This document shows, one piece after another, positions 56,682-62,975 of a stretch of DNA of 62,975 bases. Position 1 is the stretch's first letter, and the number at the start of each line of letters is the position of its first letter. The position numbers and the translations under genes were made by a program. The stretch lies in NCBI GenBank assembly GCA_024643785.1, contig JAHEMI010000001.1, forward strand, positions 1 to 62,975. Direction: 5' to 3'. This DNA is from Burkholderiaceae bacterium (GTDB lineage: Bacteria > Pseudomonadota > Gammaproteobacteria > Burkholderiales > Burkholderiaceae_E). Under the pieces are notes generated by a model. The model saw nothing but the letters and a program-made list of their open reading frames with translations, was not told the origin of the DNA and searched no databases.

Positions 56682-57514
56682 GTCGCGACATCCTCCTGGC
56701 GATATCCGGCGCGCGCGCGCACCAGGTCGTAGCGGGCATTGAAGTCCGGTTCGTCGCGCCGCGTCAGCACACCCACCGGGAAAGAGTCGTGTCTTTGCGC
56801 CGCCGTCAGCGCTTCAAATCTCTCGACAGGAACCGCCCGATCGCGAATCCAGTGGAGCATCGCACTGGTTTCGCGCATCTCGTTGCGGCGGCCATAGTGC
56901 GGCGGACAGGGACTGACGACCTCGATCAGTGAAAATCCGCGGTGCTGCAGTCCCTGGCTGATCAGTTCCTGCATCTCCCAGCCGTGATTCGGGGTGGTTC
57001 GGGCAACATAGTTCGCCCCGGCCGCTTGCGCGAGCGCGCAGATATCGAATGCCCGTTCCGGGTTGCCGTAGGCGGTCGTGCTGGTCAGGCTTGAATCGGG
57101 AGTGGTGCCCGAAGCCTGCCCGCCGGTCATGCCGAAGTTGAGGTTGTTGAGCACGATCGCGGTCAGGTCGATGTTGCGGCGCGCAGCATGGATGAAATGA
57201 TTGCCGCCAATCGTCACACTGTCGCCGTCACCCATCACCACCACCACGTTGAGCCTGGGCTGGAAGGCCTTGATGCCGGTGGCATGCGCCAGCGCCCGGC
57301 CGTGGGTAGTGTGCAGGGCGTTGGTCAAGAGGTAATCGTCGAGCTTGCCGGTGCAGCCGATGCCAGTCACGACCACCGTGTCGGTATTCGAAAATCCCAG
57401 ATCCTCGAAGGCGCGCAGCATCGCGCCCATCATCGTGCCGATACCGCAACCAGGGCACCACATATGGGGCAATACGCCAGGCTTGAGATAGGCTTCGCCG
57501 GTCGCGTGCGCCAT
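56678..57514 (-). CDS. 2-oxoacid:acceptor oxidoreductase beta subunit (TPP-binding)
   Basis: WCPGCGIG, GIGCTGK, GDGDSVTIGGNHFIHAARRN and NN.NFGMTGGQ. Confidence 0.9.
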   Translation of the reverse strand: MAHATGEAYLKPGVLPHMWCPGCGIGTMMGAMLRAFEDLGFSNTDTVVVTGIGCTGKLDDYLLTNALHTTHGRALAHATGIKAFQPRLNVVVVMGDGDSVTIGGNHFIHAARRNIDLTAIVLNNLNFGMTGGQASGTTPDSSLTSTTAYGNPERAFDICALAQAAGANYVARTTPNHGWEMQELISQGLQHRGFSLIEVVSPCPPHYGRRNEMRETSAMLHWIRDRAVPVERFEALTAAQRHDSFPVGVLTRRDEPDFNARYDLVRARAGYRQEDVAT

Positions 57515-57516
57515 CG

Positions 57517-58680
57517 CTAGTTCCCCTTGCTCAATGGCTGGTTGATCGCGTCCAGGATGTCCTGGGGGGTGATGATCGTCCCGTTGTAACGATTGACCCG
57601 GCGAATGTCGGCGGCCGGCCCGAGGGCCTTGCGCACTTCGCCGGCGAGCTGACCGTCGTAGTTCATCTCGGGCACGATCACTTTGGCAGCCTGCGCCCCG
57701 AGCTCTGCAACTTCGCGATCCGGGAAGGGCCAGATCGTCTGCAATTGCAGCACCCCGACGCGTATCCCCTGGGCGCGTGCCTCGCGCGCTGCCGCTCGGC
57801 CAGCCCCGGTGGTAGCGCCATGCACCACTATCAGGACCTCGTGATCGTCGGTATCGAACGCCCGGGTCATCACGATCTGGTCGCGGTGCCGCGCAATCTT
57901 CTCGTGCATCTCCCTGATCCGGCGCTCGGCATTGGCGGGGTCGTTGTTGCTGTAGCCGGTCGGGCCGTGCATCGAACTGGTCACGTGGGTCACGTATTCG
58001 CTGCCGTAGGCAGCCAGTGGCGCGATCCCGTCCTCCTCGGGTGCAAACGGTTGGTAGCAGGCCGGATTGCCCACGGGGGCCTTGCGTTGCACCAGCGCCA
58101 GATCGCCCGGCAGCGGAATCGCTACTCCCTCTCTGGTATGACCGACGAGTTCATCGGCCATCAGGACGACCGGGACGCGGTAACGCTCGGCCATGTTGAA
58201 GGCCTGTACCGTCAGGGAAAAGCATTCGCTGACATTGCCCGGACACAGCGCAATTACCGACTGGTCGCCGTGGCGCCCCCAGCGAACCTGCATGATGTCG
58301 GATTGGGCTGGCTTGGTCGCCAGCCCGGTACTGGGGCCCGAACGCTGCACATTGACAATCACGCACGGCACCTCGCCCATCACCGCCAGGCCGAGGTTTT
58401 CCTGCATCAGCGAGAATCCCGGGCCACTGGTCGCGGTAAACGCCTTGGCACCTGCCAGGGACGCACCGACCACTGCCGCGATCGACGCGATCTCGTCTTC
58501 CATCTGGATGTAGACGCCGCCCGCGGCGGGCATGGTGTGCGAGCACTCTTCGGCGATCTCGGAGGACGGCGTGATCGGGTAACCGGCGTAGAACCGCGCG
58601 CCAGCATACAGTGCGCCGGCGGCGATTGCCTGGTTTCCCTGCATCAATCGAAGTTCTCTTGCCACCGTCTGCGTCCCCAC
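57517..58680 (-). CDS. 2-oxoacid:acceptor oxidoreductase alpha subunit
   Basis: MQGNQAIAAGALYAGARFYAGYPITPSSEI and the pyrimidine-binding domain pattern. The start is ambiguous (GTG 58680, GTG 58665 with a GGGGA RBS, or ATG 58644). Confidence 0.88.
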   Translation of the reverse strand: MGTQTVARELRLMQGNQAIAAGALYAGARFYAGYPITPSSEIAEECSHTMPAAGGVYIQMEDEIASIAAVVGASLAGAKAFTATSGPGFSLMQENLGLAVMGEVPCVIVNVQRSGPSTGLATKPAQSDIMQVRWGRHGDQSVIALCPGNVSECFSLTVQAFNMAERYRVPVVLMADELVGHTREGVAIPLPGDLALVQRKAPVGNPACYQPFAPEEDGIAPLAAYGSEYVTHVTSSMHGPTGYSNNDPANAERRIREMHEKIARHRDQIVMTRAFDTDDHEVLIVVHGATTGAGRAAAREARAQGIRVGVLQLQTIWPFPDREVAELGAQAAKVIVPEMNYDGQLAGEVRKALGPAADIRRVNRYNGTIITPQDILDAINQPLSKGN

Positions 58681-58756
58681 TCGCCAGTCCGTCGCAGTTG
58701 CGGTCAGCCGTGTCGCCCCGGCGCGAAGGACAAGCCGTCGACGCCCCGCAAACTGC

Positions 58757-58783
58757 CCGGGAGCAGCGTCAGGCTGCTCCCGG
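58757..58783 (-). terminator. Hairpin downstream of maeB
   Basis: CCGGGAGCAGC-(5 nt)-GCTGCTCCCGG, 17 nt after the maeB stop. The downstream U-tract is poor (GCAGUUUG). Confidence 0.45.
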
Positions 58784-58799
58784 CTTTGCTCCCGCGCGG

Positions 58800-61109
58800 C
58801 TAGTCGCCCGACCCGCCCTTGGCCGCCTGGCTCACCGCCACGGCGGTCATGTTGACCACCCGGCGCATGGTGCTTGCCGGAGTCAGGATGTGCACCGGCT
58901 TGGCCGTGCCCAGCAGGATCGGGCCAACCGTAACGCCCTTGCCGCCAGTCACCTTGAGCACGTTGAACAGGATGTTCGCCGCGTCGAGGTTCGGCATCAC
59001 CAGCAGGTTGGCCGCCCCGCTCAGCTGCGAATCCTGGATGAAGGTGTCGCGCTTGCCCGGGGAGAGCGCCGCGTCACCGTGCATCTCGCCCTCGGACTCG
59101 ATCTGCGGTGCGAGTGCGGCGAAGATCTCGTGGGCCTTGCGCATCTTGCGTGCCGAGGGTCGATCGCTGGAGCCGAACATCGAGTGCGACAGGAATGCGA
59201 CCTTGGGCGGGATTCCGAATGCCTCGACCGACTCGGCTGCCATCACGGCAATCTTCGCGAGTTGCTCGGCGTCCGGATCCTCATTGACGAAGGTATCGGT
59301 GATGAACAACGTGTGATTGTCGAGCATCAGCGCGTTCATCGCTGCGAAGCACGGAGCGCCTTCCTTGAGGCCGATGATCTTCTGGATGTTGTCGAGGTGG
59401 GCGTCGTACTTGCCGACCAGTCCGCAGATCATCGCGTCGGCTTCGCCGCGGCGCAACAGCATCGCCGCGATCGTGGTCGTCGAACGGCGCATCATGGCCT
59501 TGGCCATCTCCTGCGTGACGCCGCGGCGCCCGAGCAGGTTGTGCAGATCGGTCCAGCATTCGCGGAACCGGTCATCGCTCTCGGGATCGACGATCTCGAT
59601 GTTTTCGCCGTCCTGAAGCCGCAAGCTGGCCTTCTTGATCCGCATCTCGATCACGGCCGGGTGGCCGACCAGGATCGGCCTGGCGATGCCGTCATCGACC
59701 AGTTGCTGGGCCGCCCGCAGGACCCGTTCGTCCTCGCCCTCGGCGTAGACGACGCGCTGCATCGCCTTCTTGGCGCGCTCGAAGACCGGACGCATGAACA
59801 TGCCGGTGTGGGTCACGAACTGGTTGAGCGATTGCCGGTATGCGCTCATGTCGGTGATCGGACGGGTTGCCACGCCCGAGGCCTGCGCGGCGGCGGCGAC
59901 CGCCGGTGCGATGCGCAGGATCAGCCGGGAGTCGAACGGCTTGGGAATCAGGTACTCGGGGCCAAACATCAGTTCCTGGCCCTCGTAGGCATGCGCCACT
60001 TCGTCGCTGATCTCGGCTTTGGCAAGGTCGGCGATTTCGCGCACGCAGGCCAGCTTCATCTCTTCGGTGATGCTGGTCGCGCCGCAGTCGAGCGCGCCCC
60101 TGAAGATGTACGGGAAGCACAGGACGTTGTTGACCTGGTTCGGGTAATCCGAGCGGCCGGTCGCGATGATGCAGTCGGGTCGCACGGCCAGGGCCAGTTC
60201 CGGCCTGATCTCGGGTTCGGGATTGGCGAGCGCGAGGATGATCGGCTGGTGGGCCATGGTCTCGACCATGTCCTGGGTAAGCACGCCGGCGGCCGAGCAA
60301 CCGAGGAAGACGTCAGCGCCCGCCACCGCGTCGGCCAGCGTGCGCGCGTCGGTCTTGCGGCAGTAGGTAAGCTTGGACTCGTCGAGTTGTCCGGCGCGCC
60401 CGTCGTGCAGCACGCCCTTGGAGTCGACGACCAGCACGTTGTCGCGGCTCACCCCCAGGCCGACCATGACGTTGAGGCAGGCGATCGCCGCCGCGCCGGC
60501 GCCCGAGACCGCGATCTTGACCGTGTCGATCTTCTTGCCGACCAGTTCCAGCCCGTTGAGCAATGCCGCAGCCGAAATGATCGCCGTGCCGTGCTGGTCG
60601 TCGTGGAAGACCGGGATGTTCATCCGTTCGCGAACCTTGCGCTCGATATAGAAGCACTCCGGCGCCTTGATGTCCTCGAGGTTGATGCCGCCCAGCGTGG
60701 GTTCGAGGGAGCAGATGATGTCGACCAGTTTGTCTGGGTCCCTCTCGTTTAGTTCGATATCGAAGACGTCGATCCCGGCAAACTTCTTGAACAGGCAGCC
60801 CTTGCCTTCCATCACCGGCTTGCCGGCCAGCGGTCCGATGTCGCCCAGCCCAAGCACCGCGGTGCCGTTGGTCACCACGCCCACGAGGTTGCCCCGTGAG
60901 GTGTACTCGGCCGCGAGCGACGGGTCCTTCTCGATCGCGAGACAGGCGTAAGCCACGCCCGGCGAATAGGCCAGTGAGAGGTCACGCTGGTTCGACAGCG
61001 GCTTGGTGGGAGTTACCGAAATCTTGCCCCTGGTCGGCGCGCTGTGATACTCCAGCGCCGCGTCGCAGAGAGCCTGCTCAGCCGGCGAGAGTTGCTTCTT
61101 GTCCGTCAT
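58800..61109 (-). CDS. maeB: NADP-dependent malic enzyme (malic enzyme + phosphotransacetylase-like domain)
   Basis: Start [14 protein letters not shown] (ATG 61107-61109). [36 protein letters not shown] and a long C-terminal PTA-like domain. Confidence 0.93.
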   Translation of the reverse strand: MTDKKQLSPAEQALCDAALEYHSAPTRGKISVTPTKPLSNQRDLSLAYSPGVAYACLAIEKDPSLAAEYTSRGNLVGVVTNGTAVLGLGDIGPLAGKPVMEGKGCLFKKFAGIDVFDIELNERDPDKLVDIICSLEPTLGGINLEDIKAPECFYIERKVRERMNIPVFHDDQHGTAIISAAALLNGLELVGKKIDTVKIAVSGAGAAAIACLNVMVGLGVSRDNVLVVDSKGVLHDGRAGQLDESKLTYCRKTDARTLADAVAGADVFLGCSAAGVLTQDMVETMAHQPIILALANPEPEIRPELALAVRPDCIIATGRSDYPNQVNNVLCFPYIFRGALDCGATSITEEMKLACVREIADLAKAEISDEVAHAYEGQELMFGPEYLIPKPFDSRLILRIAPAVAAAAQASGVATRPITDMSAYRQSLNQFVTHTGMFMRPVFERAKKAMQRVVYAEGEDERVLRAAQQLVDDGIARPILVGHPAVIEMRIKKASLRLQDGENIEIVDPESDDRFRECWTDLHNLLGRRGVTQEMAKAMMRRSTTTIAAMLLRRGEADAMICGLVGKYDAHLDNIQKIIGLKEGAPCFAAMNALMLDNHTLFITDTFVNEDPDAEQLAKIAVMAAESVEAFGIPPKVAFLSHSMFGSSDRPSARKMRKAHEIFAALAPQIESEGEMHGDAALSPGKRDTFIQDSQLSGAANLLVMPNLDAANILFNVLKVTGGKGVTVGPILLGTAKPVHILTPASTMRRVVNMTAVAVSQAAKGGSGD

Positions 61110-61207
61110 CTCGTACCCCTTAGTGAAATTGCTGTCGTCTGCAAGATTGGGCACGGCAGGAAGCACCGCCCCGGGTAAACTTCAGCCGGATCCCCGGCCG
61201 TTGGTTG

Positions 61208-62155
61208 TCAGTCGCCGGGCTGCGCTCCGGCTTCGCGTCCGAGTCCCTTGGGCAAAGGGAAGGTCATGTGCTCGCGCACTCCGTCGAGAACCCTGACATC
61301 TTCCGCCCCAAGTTCCTGGAGCCGCGCAATCAGTTCCTGAACCAGGCGCTCCGGCGCCGATGCCCCGGCGCTCACGCCGACCGTGCGACAGCCGACCAGC
61401 CATTGCGGATCGAGTTCCGCCGCCGAGCCGATCATCCGCGAGGTTCGGCCGAGCTTTTCGGCAACTTCGCGCAGCCGGTTGGAATTGGAACTGCTTGGCG
61501 AGCCAATGACCAGAACCAGATCGCATTCCTCGGCTATCGCCTTGACCGCGTCCTGGCGATTCTGTGTCGCGTAGCAGATGTCCTGCTTCTTGGGCTCGGC
61601 AATGTCCGGAAAACGCCGGCGCAGCGCGGCGATGATCTCGCGGCAATCGTCGACCGAAAGCGTCGTCTGGGTCACCAGCCCCAGCCGCGTCTGATCCTTG
61701 ACCACCAGCTTGTCGACGTCGGCGAGATCTTCGACCAGGTAGATCCCGCCATCGACCTGACCCATGGTTCCCTCGACCTCGGGGTGGCCGGCGTGACCGA
61801 TCATGATCACCTCGCGCCCTTCGCGATTCATCCGCGCGACTTCGACGTGCACCTTGCTCACCAGCGGGCAGGTGGCATCGAAGACCCGCAGTCCGCGTTG
61901 CCGGGCCTCGTCAACGACCGCGCGCGGCACACCGTGCGCCGAGAAGATCACTGTTGCCCCGTCGGGCACCTCCTCGAGGGCGTCGACGAACACCGCCCCC
62001 TTGGCGCGCAGCGCTCCCACCACGTGTTCGTTATGGACGATCTCGTGGCGCACGTAGATCGGGGCGCCGAAGACCTCGATGGTGCGCTCGACGATCTCGA
62101 TCGCCCGATCGACACCGGCACAGAATCCTCTCGGTTGGGCAAGGATGATTTTCAT
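61208..62155 (-). CDS. ispH: 4-hydroxy-3-methylbut-2-enyl diphosphate reductase
   Basis: [47 protein letters not shown]. Confidence 0.95.
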   Translation of the reverse strand: MKIILAQPRGFCAGVDRAIEIVERTIEVFGAPIYVRHEIVHNEHVVGALRAKGAVFVDALEEVPDGATVIFSAHGVPRAVVDEARQRGLRVFDATCPLVSKVHVEVARMNREGREVIMIGHAGHPEVEGTMGQVDGGIYLVEDLADVDKLVVKDQTRLGLVTQTTLSVDDCREIIAALRRRFPDIAEPKKQDICYATQNRQDAVKAIAEECDLVLVIGSPSSSNSNRLREVAEKLGRTSRMIGSAAELDPQWLVGCRTVGVSAGASAPERLVQELIARLQELGAEDVRVLDGVREHMTFPLPKGLGREAGAQPGD

Positions 62156-62319
62156 CGGACAGTCGAACCGGGTTCATGGCCAATCGGCCGATGGCCCGAC
62201 GACTTAATGACGGGGCGGCGGCGATCGGCGAGACTGGCCGGATCGCAATGTTTTGTTCCCGTCGGCGGCGTCCCGGCGGGGCAGGTTGGTTCCATGGCCC
62301 AATTCTACGACAAGCCGGC

Positions 62320-62975
62320 ATGACATTTGGCTCGCTTCCGAGGCACGAACGGCCACGCGAACGGCTGCGCGCGCTCGGCCCGTGGGCGCTGTCGGATTCG
62401 GAACTGCTCGCGATCGTGCTCGGCGCCGGCACCGGCCGGCGCAACGCCGTCCAGGTCGCCAGCGACCTGCTCGCCGAATTCGGCGGGCTGCAACCAATGA
62501 CCGCCGCGAGCCATGACCGGCTGTGCGCGGCCAATGGCATCGGCACCGCGCGCTGGGCGACTTTGCAGGCAGCACTGGAAGTCGCGCGCCGCGCCATTGG
62601 CGAAGAGTTGCGCCAGGCCGACGCGCTCGCGTCGCCGGCGGCGGTGCGATCGTTCCTGAGGATCTGGCTGCGCAACCGCCAGCATGAGGTCTTCGTCGGG
62701 TTGTTCCTGGACAGCCGCAACCGCTTGCTGGCAGCCGAGGAGCTGTTTCGTGGCACCCTCACCCAGACTGCGGTCTATCCCCGCGAAGTGGTCCGCCGGG
62801 CGCTCGAGCTGAACGCCGCCGGCGTGATTTTCGCCCATAATCACCCCTCGGGCGTGGCGCAGGCCAGTGCTGCCGACCGGGCTCTGACCGACGCCCTGCG
62901 CTCGGCCCTGCAGTTGCTCGAGATCCCGGTACTCGATCACCTGATCGTCGCCGGCCCGCAGTGTGTGTCGTTCGC
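62320..62975 (+). CDS. radC: RadC-family (JAMM-motif) protein, 3' end runs off the window
   Basis: ATG at 62320, read directly from the sequence (not in the ORF track because there is no stop in the window). RPRERL..LSDSELLAIVLG.G, HhH region, EVFVGLFLDSRNRLL, and AHNHPSG JAMM motif. Confidence 0.88.
   Translation, partial: MTFGSLPRHERPRERLRALGPWALSDSELLAIVLGAGTGRRNAVQVASDLLAEFGGLQPMTAASHDRLCAANGIGTARWATLQAALEVARRAIGEELRQADALASPAAVRSFLRIWLRNRQHEVFVGLFLDSRNRLLAAEELFRGTLTQTAVYPREVVRRALELNAAGVIFAHNHPSGVAQASAADRALTDALRSALQLLEIPVLDHLIVAGPQCVSF

Noticed and set aside
58611-60752. Very long ORFs on the strand opposite recognised genes. Examples: 713 aa antisense to maeB, 675 aa at 15502-17529 antisense to the antiporter, 549 aa at 7721-9370 antisense to aidB-like, 596 aa at 24730-26520 antisense to btuB, 551 aa at 30560-32215 antisense to matB, and 514 aa at 34571-36115 antisense to ilvD.
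   Set aside because: Their translations are Arg/Gly/Ala/Pro-rich low-complexity strings with no recognisable motifs. Each lies exactly opposite a gene with a clear family signature. Stop-codon scarcity in high-GC DNA explains them.

Overview
High-GC, densely coding chromosomal window that looks betaproteobacterial (Burkholderiales/Rhodocyclales-like); that placement is inferred from gene content and synteny only. I support about 57 protein genes, one tRNA-Thr(CGU), a probable 6S RNA, a cobalamin riboswitch, two sigma32-type promoters and several hairpin terminators. I saw no transposase, integrase, CRISPR array, rRNA or recognisable defence genes. Most of the window is core housekeeping: ilvA; fdsBA formate dehydrogenase; dnaJ-dnaK-grpE-hemH-hrcA; nadK-recN; fur/bamE-dapB; btuB-btuF; dsbD; zapA-ssrS; matAB-lgt; ilvD; livHMGF; maeB; ispH; radC. 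Because of the GC content, nearly every gene carries long spurious ORFs on the opposite strand or in upstream extensions. I trimmed genes to conserved N-termini and RBS-supported starts. Five regions seem most worth a second look. (1) 43.4-49.8 kb, next to tRNA-Thr: a GntR-controlled split B12 acyl-CoA mutase cluster. Its large subunit carries the Ile/Asp signature of 2-hydroxyisobutyryl-CoA mutase, and it is followed by an unusual tandem, metal-ligand-degenerate gamma-carbonic-anhydrase-like protein. (2) 49.8-53.2 kb: a four-gene unit of a small membrane ORF, a DUF4389-like protein, a LytS-family histidine kinase with an extra C-terminal multi-TM bundle, and a LytTR regulator. It sits just downstream of lrgAB-like genes. 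(3) 54.5-58.7 kb: a four-gene 2-oxoacid oxidoreductase whose ferredoxin subunit is fused to a GltD-like NAD(P)H flavoprotein. (4) 1.6-9.2 kb: a translationally coupled aidB-like / beta-CASP MBL / fdsB / fdsA chain. (5) 37.0-37.5 kb: an orphan intrinsic terminator in the 530-nt gap ahead of a livHMGF operon that has no binding-protein gene. Nothing here can be called a new system from sequence alone. The membrane-protein/kinase unit is the least explained by known families.
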